Shown: positions 1-9,418, counted from the stretch's first letter. The stretch is DNA of 55,828 nucleotides from Candidatus Kaiserbacteria bacterium CG10_big_fil_rev_8_21_14_0_10_47_16 (GCA_002773395.1 PFBI01000004.1:78615-134442); one strand, 5' to 3'. Notes: a model not told the origin generated them from the sequence alone. Made by a program: numbers and translations.

Positions 1-385
1 AGAAAAATTCGGTGTCGGTACAGAGTTTACCTTCGTCGCAGAGAGCATCCAGTTCTCCCTTCCTGAGCCAGCCAGACCACTGCCATTCGCTTTCATCTAT
101 AGCAATATCCTCGTCTGTTGTGGTGATAAAGAGATGTGAGATTTGATTTATTTCTGGAGTATCAAAATCTTGTGTAAAAAGATATGTGACTGGAAGTGTA
201 AGACCTGTCTCTTCTTCCAATTCCCGCACTGCTGCTTCCTCGGGCGTCTCCCCCTCATCGACATGTCCGCCAGCGCCGATACCGTAGCGGTTTGGAAATA
301 CCTTCTTACTCGCAAGCCGCTGATGCACAAAAAACTTCCCGTCACTGTCTTGTATAAATATAATCGCAATTTCTTTTTTAGACAT
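1..385 (-). CDS. NUDIX hydrolase, N-terminal ~128 codons (C-terminus runs off the left edge of the window)
   Basis: Own translation of the minus strand from ATG at 385-383: MSKKEIAIIFIQDSDGKFFVHQRLASKKVFPNRYGIGAGGHVDEGETPEEAAVRELEEETGLTLPVTY... A complete Nudix box GX5EX7REUXEEXGU is present (GGHVDEGETPEEAAVRELEEETGL). It is missing from the ORF track because no stop lies inside the window. Confidence 0.85.
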   Translation of the reverse strand, partial: MSKKEIAIIFIQDSDGKFFVHQRLASKKVFPNRYGIGAGGHVDEGETPEEAAVRELEEETGLTLPVTYLFTQDFDTPEINQISHLFITTTDEDIAIDESEWQWSGWLRKGELDALCDEGKLCTDTEFF

Positions 386-404
386 ATTGATGTTGGTGCT
401 CCGT

Positions 405-440
405 AACTCTTGAATTAACTCTAGAGTTAATTCAAGAGTT
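405..440. repeat. Perfect 36-bp palindrome AACTCTTGAATTAACTCT/AGAGTTAATTCAAGAGTT between the 165-aa ORF and the NUDIX gene
   Basis: Checked base by base: the reverse complement of 405-422 equals 423-440. A T-tract (GTTTTATT) follows only on the plus strand, where there is no gene. Confidence 0.9.
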
Positions 441-448
441 GTTTTATT

Positions 449-946
449 CTACCAAGGACACTCTTTTGTCTCTGTTCCAGGGATTATTTCTTGTCTCCCC
501 CAAACAAGAGCGTGGTTTGACCAAAATTCTTTACTTCGTTCAGGTAGATAGTTTCCTCCTGGAAATGACGGGGTGAGTTCCCCAACGAATGCCGTATAAA
601 GATTATAAGTACCGTCGCTTTCTTTTCTTAAATCAACAGTTACAAAGGAAGTTGATACAGGTTTTCTATTTTTTACAAAGCGAGCATATTGTTCTCGATG
701 AGGTCTCTTTGCGTATAGAGTCTCATCTTCCGCATCGGTTTTAACGAGGTCACTGAGACCAATTTCTCTTCCTGTGTCGACGTCTGTACGGACCCAATCT
801 TCAGTGGGTGTAAGTGTAGGAATGATTTCTTTTATAATCTCCATGAGTCCAGGAGTATCATCAAAATGAGTTGAAGCATGTGATGATTCCATGTCAACGT
901 ACACACTCATTCCGTTTCCTGTCTTCCCTAGAAATTCTTTTTGCAT
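449..946 (-). CDS. Hypothetical protein, 165 aa, no family recognised
   Basis: Clean ORF whose ATG (946) lies 1 nt after the stop of the upstream ORF (948), so the two are probably translationally coupled. AT-rich relative to the neighbours. Confidence 0.6.
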   Translation of the reverse strand: MQKEFLGKTGNGMSVYVDMESSHASTHFDDTPGLMEIIKEIIPTLTPTEDWVRTDVDTGREIGLSDLVKTDAEDETLYAKRPHREQYARFVKNRKPVSTSFVTVDLRKESDGTYNLYTAFVGELTPSFPGGNYLPERSKEFWSNHALVWGRQEIIPGTETKECPW

Positions 947-947
947 A

Positions 948-2111
948 TCATTCAGTAATTACGAAAGTGAGTTGTTTGAGTGGAATATTGATTGAGAGGC
1001 CGTACTCGATTGCGTCTTTCCATGTGGTTTTGTCTGTCTTGCTGATGGTGAAGTTTTTATCTTTGTATACGACGAGGATGTCGTCGCTGGCGTCTTCCCA
1101 AAAATGGATATACCACGGACCGTCATCGAGATATTGTCCAAGCTGTTCCGCTTCCTCTCGCGAGACAAGCACATCATGGAGTTTCCAGTCACCCGCTTTC
1201 CACGATTTAACAATCTGAAGATCTTTCAGAATACCCGTGTCCTTCAAACTGTTTTCGATGATAGCACCTTTCATAAGGTCTAGATCTGGCACTTTTCTTA
1301 ATTTTTCTAAGAGAGGAAGAATTTTCTTCTTTGAGTCCTCTTCAAGATCTTTGTATATTAAACTAAAAAGTGCAAAAGAGTTTGATCTGCTCATATAAAA
1401 TGCAAATTTTATCATTCCTCTATATTCTGCAAATTGTTTTTTATAGAGAGTATGCGCATACTCATCGGTAGCGTTAGGACCCGCATGTACAAATGATGAG
1501 AGTTCCGAATACTCGGTAATAACCGCAGGGATCCATTGACTGCCTGGCGCGTCATGGTCTAGTAAATACTTAGCAATACTTTTATATTCAAACTTTTTAA
1601 TATTTTGGGTAATGATCTCCTTTTTTAATTTTCGTAGATTTGGTAAATGTTTACAAAGATGATCCCAAACATCCAAGTTCTTTGTTTCTGCGTCTAAAAT
1701 AATAGATACTTCTTTGAGAGAATTTCCATATTTTAATTCTTCTCCTATTCTCCCCAGACTGTAATATTCTTCGGCTACCTCTTCGTTGTCTTCCTTTACG
1801 TATCTCAAAAAAATATAGGTCGCTTTTAACCAATGTTCTAGGAAGACACGATAGAGGACTTTTGCACCGTAGATACTATGTGAACTAGAAAGATCGATAA
1901 TGTCATTTTTGAGAGTTGTTAAATGTGTATGAAAAGCAAACAAGATAAAAAATATTTTCTTATGTTCAGTTTTTCTAATAACCTCATCAGTAAAAGGCAT
2001 TATTTGTTCAATAGTTTCAAAGTGTTCATTATTAATATTTTCTAAAATATCAAGCCATGAAAAGAACTCAGACTCTTTTTCTTCATGAGTAGGATTCTTC
2101 ATGGATCTCAT
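948..2111 (-). CDS. Hypothetical protein (~387 aa): helical N-terminal region with an RX4H motif (YRVFLEHW) plus a ~95-aa C-terminal domain
   Basis: The track ORF is 948..2135. I prefer the ATG at 2111 (MRSMKN) or 2102 (MKN) because 2135 overlaps the pepA stop at 2119. Sampled 60-nt lines give about 20-28% GC against about 50% in the housekeeping genes. Confidence 0.6.
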   Translation of the reverse strand: MRSMKNPTHEEKESEFFSWLDILENINNEHFETIEQIMPFTDEVIRKTEHKKIFFILFAFHTHLTTLKNDIIDLSSSHSIYGAKVLYRVFLEHWLKATYIFLRYVKEDNEEVAEEYYSLGRIGEELKYGNSLKEVSIILDAETKNLDVWDHLCKHLPNLRKLKKEIITQNIKKFEYKSIAKYLLDHDAPGSQWIPAVITEYSELSSFVHAGPNATDEYAHTLYKKQFAEYRGMIKFAFYMSRSNSFALFSLIYKDLEEDSKKKILPLLEKLRKVPDLDLMKGAIIENSLKDTGILKDLQIVKSWKAGDWKLHDVLVSREEAEQLGQYLDDGPWYIHFWEDASDDILVVYKDKNFTISKTDKTTWKDAIEYGLSINIPLKQLTFVITE

Positions 2112-2118
2112 GTTGACT

Positions 2119-3504
2119 TTACAACTTCTCAGCAATTTTGAGGAGGAGGCGGGCTGGTTCGCCGGTACTTCCTTTTGCGAGGTGGTCGCCGGGAGCTTCG
2201 GTCATACGTGGCGCCATGTCGATGTGGACCCACTTCATGCCTTCGGTAAAGTGTGAGAGGAACATGCCGCCGTTGATACTACCACCATACTTGGTGTCGT
2301 TTGCAGGAATGTTGGCAATGTCGCCGTGGACGCCGCGGGTGTACTGCTTGTATTCGTCCCAGAGTGGAAGTGGATGCGTGTAGTCGCCGCTTTCTTCGCC
2401 GAGGTCGCGGAGGGTATCCTCGAGCTTTCGGTCCTTGGTCATAATCACGTTTGCGTGTGGTCCAACGGCAACAAGTGCTGCTCCCGTAAGGGTTGCCACG
2501 TCTACAACGAGCTTTGGGTTGTACTTCTTTGCGTACGTGAGCGCGTCTGCAAGCACAAGCCTGCCTTCGGCATCGGTATGAATGACATCAATCGTCTTCC
2601 CAGACATTGAAACGAGTACATCGCCAGGACGCATACTTTCGCCAGAAACGGCGTTCTCTGCTGCAGGAATGAGGCCGATGATGTTTTTCTTCAGGCCAAG
2701 CTTTGCTGCTGCAGTCACTGCTGCAATAACCATGGCGCCGCCGGACATATCCATGTGCATTTCAAACATACTCATGCCCGGTTTGATTTGAAGACCGCCC
2801 GTATCGAAGGTGATGCCTTTACCTGCAAAGACAATTGGCTTTTCAGACTTCTTCGCTCCCCAGTACTCCATGATGATGAACCGCGGTTTGTCCTTTGCTC
2901 CCTGCCCAACACCAAGAAGCGCACCCATTTTGAGCTTTTTGATTTCGGCTAAGCCAAGTGCTTTTACCTTCACTTTCGTACCTTTCGTTATTTGTTTTAC
3001 CTTATCTGCGAGGAGTGCAGGTGTCATGTCGCCACCGGGAGTGTTGGCGAGGTCGCGTGAAATGTTGATTTGGTTTGCGAGGATGGTGCCGCGTTCGAAA
3101 CCTTTTTTACCTGCGGCGCTCATCTCTCCGCATACGAGAATTTCGCGCGAAATGCGCTCAGGCTTTGATTTGTACACGGTGTATTCGTAGTCGGCGAGAA
3201 TGAGGTTTTCTGCGAGCGTGCTCATGATCCATGCTTCGTCGTATACAGCGAGTTTGGAAAATGAAGGATTACGAAGTTCGAGCGCGATTTTCTCAATTTT
3301 GTACTTTTTCATTGCGCTCACAATACTGCGCACGATGGTGCGGAAATTGCGCGGTGTGACATCAGCAAATTTACCTGCAATAATCTGCAGTTCCCCTACG
3401 CCGTTCTTTTCAGTGTATCGCTCGACGCCTTTTTCAAGGAGCGTGAGGCGTACGTATCCTTTGGGAGCCTTTGCGATTGGATTAGTCGTCGTTTTGAGTT
3501 TCAT
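2119..3504 (-). CDS. pepA: Leucyl aminopeptidase (peptidase M17)
   Basis: 461-aa ORF with M17 signatures NTPGGDMTP, GKGITFDTGG, MHMDMSGGA and HTDAEGRLVLADAL. Confidence 0.9.
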   Translation of the reverse strand: MKLKTTTNPIAKAPKGYVRLTLLEKGVERYTEKNGVGELQIIAGKFADVTPRNFRTIVRSIVSAMKKYKIEKIALELRNPSFSKLAVYDEAWIMSTLAENLILADYEYTVYKSKPERISREILVCGEMSAAGKKGFERGTILANQINISRDLANTPGGDMTPALLADKVKQITKGTKVKVKALGLAEIKKLKMGALLGVGQGAKDKPRFIIMEYWGAKKSEKPIVFAGKGITFDTGGLQIKPGMSMFEMHMDMSGGAMVIAAVTAAAKLGLKKNIIGLIPAAENAVSGESMRPGDVLVSMSGKTIDVIHTDAEGRLVLADALTYAKKYNPKLVVDVATLTGAALVAVGPHANVIMTKDRKLEDTLRDLGEESGDYTHPLPLWDEYKQYTRGVHGDIANIPANDTKYGGSINGGMFLSHFTEGMKWVHIDMAPRMTEAPGDHLAKGSTGEPARLLLKIAEKL

Positions 3505-4840
3505 TATTTTCAGTCTTAGAGAGTAGTGTGTCGATACGGTTCATGTCACGCGGGAAGAGTGATGCTTCTTTCACGTTTACCAAACCTGCCATTTTCATAG
3601 TGAGACGTTCAAGTCCCATACCGATTCCGCCGTGTGGTGGAAGTCCGTACTTGAATGCTTGAAGATAGAATTCAAACTTTGTGGGGTCGAGGCCCTTTTC
3701 AGTGATGCGTCCTACGAGCTCGTCGTAGTTGTGGACGCGCTGGCTACCCGAACACATTTCGAGACCGCGGAAGAGAAGGTCGAAGCTATCGGTGAATTCA
3801 GGGTTCTCTTTATTCTTTGCTGTGTAGAACGGACGTTTACTTGTTGGGAATTGGGTAATAAAGACAAAGTCACTGCCAAGATTTTGCGCGGCGTATTCAC
3901 AGAGGAATCGTTCGTCTTCTGGTTCAAGGTCTGGTTCGTTGGTTTTATCTTCTCCTGTTTCTTTTTTAATAAGTTCTTGCGCTTCGCGAAGTGTGAATGT
4001 TGGAAATGCATCTGGCGCAAGCGGTGCTGGTACACCAAGGAGCGCAAGTTCTGCCGCACAATCATTCGCGACTGCGCTACTGATTGCACCCATGAGCTTT
4101 GTGACGAGTGCCATGACATCTTCATAGCTTTCGATGAATCCCATCTCGAGGTCGAGCATGGCAATTTCGCTCATGTGGCGAGTCGTCGCACTCTTCTCTG
4201 CGCGGAAGGTTGCGCCCGTTGCGAATACACGCTCAAACGCACCGACAAGAATCTGCTTATAGAGCTGCGGGCTGGTTGCGAGGTATGCGTCATGACCATC
4301 GAAGTACTCAACTTTAAATACCTCAGCGCCTCCTTCTGCATCGCCTCCTACAAGCTTTGGTGCTTGGAATTCAGTAAAGCCTTCGCCAGCAAGAAAGGTA
4401 CGGTAGGTAGTAAGGATGGTGTGTTGGATTTTGAAAACTGCACGCTCGTGCTCACGACGGAGTGTGAGCGGACGGTTATCAAGGAGTGTTTCAAGGGTGA
4501 GGTCGGCATCCATATCAAACGGCATTGCAGCGGCTTCTGAGAGTATTTCAATGCCGGTGATTTCGAGTTCGATGTCGCCGTTTATGACACCTTCCTTACG
4601 CATCTTCTCAGGCCGTTCGTTGACGATACCTGTTACCTTCACGACGTATTCTTGCTTCAGTGTTTTTGCAACTTCAAGTACCTCTGGCTTTCCAAACACA
4701 ACACCCTGCACTTTGCCTGAGCGATCACGAAAATCAAAAAAGGCCATCTTGCCCTGATCACGCGCAACGTCCACCCATCCGCTGATGCTGACTTCCTTTC
4801 CGATATGTTCTCCGAGTGCCGCGATGAGTGTTCGTTCCAT
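3482..4840 (-). CDS. aspS: Aspartate--tRNA ligase, short archaeal/type-2 form (possibly non-discriminating)
   Basis: 452-aa class IIb aaRS. Motif 2 is FRAEKSATTRHMSE; FDLLFRGLEMCSGSQRVH and motif 3 PPHGGIGMGLERL are present. The RPFY...SGSQR pattern fits AspRS type 2 better than AsnRS or LysRS. Confidence 0.75.
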   Translation of the reverse strand: MERTLIAALGEHIGKEVSISGWVDVARDQGKMAFFDFRDRSGKVQGVVFGKPEVLEVAKTLKQEYVVKVTGIVNERPEKMRKEGVINGDIELEITGIEILSEAAAMPFDMDADLTLETLLDNRPLTLRREHERAVFKIQHTILTTYRTFLAGEGFTEFQAPKLVGGDAEGGAEVFKVEYFDGHDAYLATSPQLYKQILVGAFERVFATGATFRAEKSATTRHMSEIAMLDLEMGFIESYEDVMALVTKLMGAISSAVANDCAAELALLGVPAPLAPDAFPTFTLREAQELIKKETGEDKTNEPDLEPEDERFLCEYAAQNLGSDFVFITQFPTSKRPFYTAKNKENPEFTDSFDLLFRGLEMCSGSQRVHNYDELVGRITEKGLDPTKFEFYLQAFKYGLPPHGGIGMGLERLTMKMAGLVNVKEASLFPRDMNRIDTLLSKTENNETQNDD

Positions 4841-4850
4841 AGAATAATAT

Positions 4851-5825
4851 TTAAATTGTTACCCCAACTTTTGTTCGGACGTCTTCCATTTTCTTCGCTG
4901 CACGTTCGCGAGCTTTCTCTGCACCTGCCTTTAGTACTGCGCGGACATCGTCGTCGCTAATTGACGCGCGCTTCTCGCGCATAGGCGCAATCAGCTTCTC
5001 AATATCTTCAATGAGAGCTTCCTTAAGAGCTTTGTAATTTGATTTGTTTTCAGTATAGAGATCGTAAAATTTTTGCGGTGAATTTGTCTCTGTAAAATTA
5101 TTAGTTACCGCACCACGAACGATCTCGTGAATGTTATGAAGAACTTCTGGAATTTCTCCACCTGTGCCCGTCACGATGCTCATGACCGCCTTTTGAATTT
5201 CTTCTGGTGTGCCAAAGAGCGGAATGGTGTTCTTGTAGCTCTTACTCATCTTCTGACCATCAATTCCTGGAACGACGCCGGTTCCTTTAAGAATGTGTTC
5301 TTTTGGTTCGATAAACGTCTCGCCGTATGCGTTGTTGAATTTGGTAACCGCTTCGCGTGCGTACTCGATGTGCTGACGCTGGTCCTCTCCTACCGGTACT
5401 ACCTCAGTGTCATAGAGAAGAATGTCTGCCGCCATAAGCATTGGGTAGGTAAAGAGTCCGGCGTTCGCTTCGAGGCCTTTCGCCACTTTATCTTTGTATG
5501 CATGCGCCTGCTGGAGGAACGGTACGGTCACAAGACAATCAAGAATCCAACCGAGCTCGGTATGCTCAAGAATATCTGACTGCTTAAACATAATCACCTT
5601 CTCAGGATCAACGCCGACAGCGATGTAGTCTTTCACTACATCGATCGTGTTTTGGCGAAGTACCTTTGGGTCGCGTACTGAAGTCACGGCGTGGTAGTCG
5701 GCAACCATCAGATGACTATCGTACTCTTCGTACATTTCAACAAAGGGCTTGAGGGCGCCAAAATAGTTTCCAATGTGGAGTGTTCCAGAAGCTTGAAGGC
5801 CGGTTAGAAGTCGTTTCTTAGACAT
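4851..5825 (-). CDS. trpS: Tryptophan--tRNA ligase
   Basis: 324-aa ORF with the class I motifs GTLHIGNY (HIGH-type) and KMSKS. Confidence 0.9.
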   Translation of the reverse strand: MSKKRLLTGLQASGTLHIGNYFGALKPFVEMYEEYDSHLMVADYHAVTSVRDPKVLRQNTIDVVKDYIAVGVDPEKVIMFKQSDILEHTELGWILDCLVTVPFLQQAHAYKDKVAKGLEANAGLFTYPMLMAADILLYDTEVVPVGEDQRQHIEYAREAVTKFNNAYGETFIEPKEHILKGTGVVPGIDGQKMSKSYKNTIPLFGTPEEIQKAVMSIVTGTGGEIPEVLHNIHEIVRGAVTNNFTETNSPQKFYDLYTENKSNYKALKEALIEDIEKLIAPMREKRASISDDDVRAVLKAGAEKARERAAKKMEDVRTKVGVTI

Positions 5826-5891
5826 AGTGAAATATAGGCAAATAGTACCAAATATAAGGCTTGTTAGGAAGCGTGCGCTCTGGCTACGCTA

Positions 5892-7511
5892 TTACCCTTG
5901 TTTGAGCGGAATTTCGATGTGGAAGGTCGTACCTTGCTCAGGTTTGTTTGCGGTAAACCAGATCTTTCCGCCGTGGGCTTCGGTCACCGCTTTTGCAAAC
6001 GCGAGGCCGTATCCAGAGCTGTCGGTATTGTATTTTGTAGATTCTTTACCGCGTCCACCACTGGTGAAGATACGTGCTTTATCTTCTTCTGCGATACCAA
6101 TACCAGTGTCTTGTACGGAGAGGTGTGCAGCACGGTTTTCACACACAAGGTTTATTGTCACGCTTCCCTTCGGGGAGTTGTAGTGCCATGCGTTTTCTAT
6201 AAGATTACGAACTACTTCTCCGAGCTGTACTGCGTCTCCCACCACGTCACACCCGCTGTCTTCAATATGTGTCGTGAGCGTGAGGCCTTTCTTTTCAATT
6301 TTTTCTTTTTGATCCGCAATGGTCTTCTCTACCACTTCCTTAAAGTTCATAGGCTTCATATCGTACGGTAGCTGACCGCTTTCTGCGCTTGCTCCCTTCA
6401 AGATGCCCTGCACGTACTCGAGTGCACGCGTCGAGTCGTCATAGCCTTGGCTGAGCATAGTCTTTACCGCGTCAGGGAACGCATCGTACTTTGCATTGTT
6501 GAGAAGTTCATCAAATACAATTCGGTTGTTGAGGAAGCGCCCTTTAATTTGATGGTTCATCGAGTGGATCAAATTCTTCTGTCGCTGGTTTGCGAGTGCG
6601 AGTTGCTCCCGCGCTGCGATTTCACGCTTCACACTTCGGATTAAGCGAATACCGAAAAGGATTGTGAATAAAAGTGTAAGTGCCGCAATAATACGCGATT
6701 GATCTGACCGTACAACAAAGAGTAAAGAGCCAATAAGAACCCAAAGTGTAAGTACGAGAGCCTGCGATCCAAATACCTTTAGATTAAAGAGTCGATACTG
6801 TACAACAAGATACGTTAGCACACCAATGAAGATAGGCATTCCGAAAAGTCCGTACTGGGCAAGATCCCAGTTGCCAGTAGTACTACCAATAATGTTTCCG
6901 GAAGCAAAAGCAGCCAAAAATGCTATGACACCGAGCGCGAGGTAGATTGCTTTTTGTTTTTCATCTCTGGAGACTTTCGCGAAGATTCGTCGTATAGCAA
7001 TGAACAGGATTCCAATAATAAAGATGAACTCAAGAACATAGGTGTAGTACAACGCTAAAGGACCTTCTGCCGCGGTACAGTCGTACAGGTTGATTCCTGT
7101 TAAGTTCAAGTAGGTTGGCGTAAGTGCTAATAGCGGAAATAGAATAATAAAAATACCAAGATTGACCCGAAATCGCGGGAATTTTTGATGCACAAATACA
7201 TACAAAAGATAGAATGCCAATGCGTAGATGATTGGTTCAATGAGTACTATGGTCCCCCATCCGAACATGACGACATCAGGTCGATTTGTCGCCCATACGA
7301 TCACATCAATAATTGCCCACGCGGAAAAGATAATGAGAAGCAGCGAAAGAATGTTTGCTTCTAGTACATTACGTTTTTTCACTAGGAGAAAGACTGCGAG
7401 AAACAAAGATACGATGACTGCAGTAAAATGGGAATAAAATAAAAGGGATGGGACGTTGTCCGAAAAGATTAAATAGGTTGCGGCGTCCCAAGGACAAAGT
7501 TGCTCATTCAT
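5892..7511 (-). CDS. Membrane sensor histidine kinase (multi-TM N-terminus, HisKA_2-like H box, HATPase_c)
   Basis: 539-aa ORF with about 7 N-terminal hydrophobic helices. The H region is SMNHQIKGRF, the N box is VRNLIENAWHY, and the G boxes are QDTGIGI and GYGLAFA. No response regulator is found in the window. Confidence 0.8.
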   Translation of the reverse strand: MNEQLCPWDAATYLIFSDNVPSLLFYSHFTAVIVSLFLAVFLLVKKRNVLEANILSLLLIIFSAWAIIDVIVWATNRPDVVMFGWGTIVLIEPIIYALAFYLLYVFVHQKFPRFRVNLGIFIILFPLLALTPTYLNLTGINLYDCTAAEGPLALYYTYVLEFIFIIGILFIAIRRIFAKVSRDEKQKAIYLALGVIAFLAAFASGNIIGSTTGNWDLAQYGLFGMPIFIGVLTYLVVQYRLFNLKVFGSQALVLTLWVLIGSLLFVVRSDQSRIIAALTLLFTILFGIRLIRSVKREIAAREQLALANQRQKNLIHSMNHQIKGRFLNNRIVFDELLNNAKYDAFPDAVKTMLSQGYDDSTRALEYVQGILKGASAESGQLPYDMKPMNFKEVVEKTIADQKEKIEKKGLTLTTHIEDSGCDVVGDAVQLGEVVRNLIENAWHYNSPKGSVTINLVCENRAAHLSVQDTGIGIAEEDKARIFTSGGRGKESTKYNTDSSGYGLAFAKAVTEAHGGKIWFTANKPEQGTTFHIEIPLKQG

Positions 7512-7513
7512 AG

Positions 7514-8041
7514 TTACTTAGTTAAGGCTTTTATTTTCCGCTCAATAAAAGGTTGGAAGTGACCGCGGTATTTTTTTTGGAGGTCACTCCGTTTCCAGTC
7601 GTCCGCCGTCACTTTTTTCCTGCAGTTTGCCGCAGCACATTCACATTTCATGTTAAAGAGCTTTGAGGTAATGCAGGTTGCGTAGTCCATAGTAATTTCT
7701 TCACCCTTCGCAATATTGCGAAGGGTGACAAGATTGATTTCTCCAACAAAACCGCAATTTGCCTCACAGCTATGATTGAGGTATTCGATGACTGAAAATT
7801 GAGTCTTTGCAACAGGGCTAAAAATTAGATCGTCATCAACCTGGTATCCAATATCAAGAATTGTTTGATACGCGCTCTTGTTCGATTTCTGAATCTTGCT
7901 GAGATCGTTTATAGATACAACATAACCACCGAAAACCGCAACGCGTACCCCCTTTTTTATTGCCCGTTTTGCAAATACACCATTTTTGTTAATGTGTGAC
8001 TTGTTTGATATGAGCGCTTCATGTGTCCAGGATATTTTCAT
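7514..8041 (-). CDS. SET-domain protein (putative protein-lysine methyltransferase)
   Basis: 175-aa ORF with the SET core NHSCEANC and GEEITMDY, followed by a Cys-rich post-SET-like CECAAANC. Its stop lies 2 nt before the kinase start. Confidence 0.75.
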   Translation of the reverse strand: MKISWTHEALISNKSHINKNGVFAKRAIKKGVRVAVFGGYVVSINDLSKIQKSNKSAYQTILDIGYQVDDDLIFSPVAKTQFSVIEYLNHSCEANCGFVGEINLVTLRNIAKGEEITMDYATCITSKLFNMKCECAAANCRKKVTADDWKRSDLQKKYRGHFQPFIERKIKALTK

Positions 8042-8050
8042 TCTGACGGG

Positions 8051-8260
8051 TTAGTTTTTATAGATCTGGAGATCGACGTTATAACTTTCTGCTTGCGCAG
8101 CCTCTCCATAATCATCGTAAAAGAGCTCAAAATTTCTTGCTATAAAATATTCGTAATACGCTATCGCAACTGAGAGCGCGAGTAGAATAAAAAATAATAT
8201 GACAAGCGTCTTTGAACCGGGTGCCATTCTATTTTGTGCCATACACCTAGCATAACGCAC
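8051..8260 (-). CDS. Small membrane protein, hypothetical
   Basis: 69-aa ORF with one hydrophobic helix (TLVILFFILLALSVAIAYY). The start codon is uncertain. Confidence 0.45.
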   Translation of the reverse strand: MRYARCMAQNRMAPGSKTLVILFFILLALSVAIAYYEYFIARNFELFYDDYGEAAQAESYNVDLQIYKN

Positions 8261-8317
8261 TTAGGTAGTAGAAATCTGTAAGTTATCTACAAATCTATAA
8301 AATATAGAATGAGATCA

Positions 8318-9358
8318 CTATGCAAGCACAAATATGGTGAGGCCGAGAATTATGGCTATGATACAGATAAGCTGGAAGAGACGAGAGCCTTTCCGGACCC
8401 GAAATGCATCGAGCATTTCTGTATTCAACTGAAATCTAAAAATGGCGCCTGAATGTCGCCCCTTGCGTTTTAATGAATCATTGTAGTGTGTGAGTATTAC
8501 AGAAACTATCCATACGGGAATTACATGTAAGCCGATGATGATAGATGATGTTACTGAATCAAGTTCTTCGAGGCTGAGAAATTCAAAAAAGAAAACTCCC
8601 ATTCCCAGCAATTCCATTATTAGGATAGGTATAAAATATTGACGGAGTAATGGGATATTCTCACCGAATGATATTCGGTTTTCTTTTTTAATCATTACGC
8701 GCATTCCGATTGCAAAACCTAACCAGTAAGCTGGCAAGAGCGCGAGGATAAAATCGTGTGATCCGATATTGGTATGTTCAATACCCTTTCCAAGTGTTTG
8801 ATCGATAAGGACGATATACAGGACACTCAAAAGCACCATCGCTGCTAAATGGTGCCAATACTTCCCCTCCGACCGAGTACTGTCGTATGAGTATCGTTCA
8901 AGAAGCGCGAGCCCACAGGAGGTCAGAATGATACCGCATACAGCCCATGGTGAAATCTTGATCTCGTCAAAGAGGAGCCCAAAAGGAAGTAGAATGAGTG
9001 AGAAAACGAATACAAATATAGGTGTTGCAGCAAGCCAGCTTGCAATGATTGTACTGTCAGTATCCTCGCTTAGACAATGAAAGTAGTGATAGAGCACCTG
9101 TGCACTAAGAGCTCCTGCTACAAAGATGAGTAACCCGTACGAACTCCACCATGTGGTAAGTATTTCCCAGAGAATAGTGGTGTCAGTCCCCCCGAAGAAC
9201 CAGTACGCACTAGTGACGACTAATCCGAGCGCTGCGCCTGCGAATGAGCTGATAAAGAGAGCTTGTTTGGCGTCACCTTGGTAACAGTCGTTAACCATTA
9301 GTTTGTCAGCAATCACCATGAGCGCTAGACAGAGTCCACTGAGAATTGCGAGTATCAT
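8318..9358 (-). CDS. Polytopic membrane protein (~10 TM, DMT/EamA-like topology suspected)
   Basis: 346-aa ORF that is hydrophobic throughout. It lies immediately downstream of the DHS-like gene. The family assignment is not secure. Confidence 0.6.
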   Translation of the reverse strand: MILAILSGLCLALMVIADKLMVNDCYQGDAKQALFISSFAGAALGLVVTSAYWFFGGTDTTILWEILTTWWSSYGLLIFVAGALSAQVLYHYFHCLSEDTDSTIIASWLAATPIFVFVFSLILLPFGLLFDEIKISPWAVCGIILTSCGLALLERYSYDSTRSEGKYWHHLAAMVLLSVLYIVLIDQTLGKGIEHTNIGSHDFILALLPAYWLGFAIGMRVMIKKENRISFGENIPLLRQYFIPILIMELLGMGVFFFEFLSLEELDSVTSSIIIGLHVIPVWIVSVILTHYNDSLKRKGRHSGAIFRFQLNTEMLDAFRVRKGSRLFQLICIIAIILGLTIFVLA

Positions 9359-9418
9359 AGTAATCGTTGTTTGAAGGGGCGCGCGGTACTACCTTCTGGT
9401 AATCATGTACCCGAGCAA

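Noticed and set aside
3632-4540. 302-aa plus-strand ORF
   Set aside because: It is antisense to aspS and has an implausible Cys/Phe/Trp-rich composition, so it is a shadow ORF.
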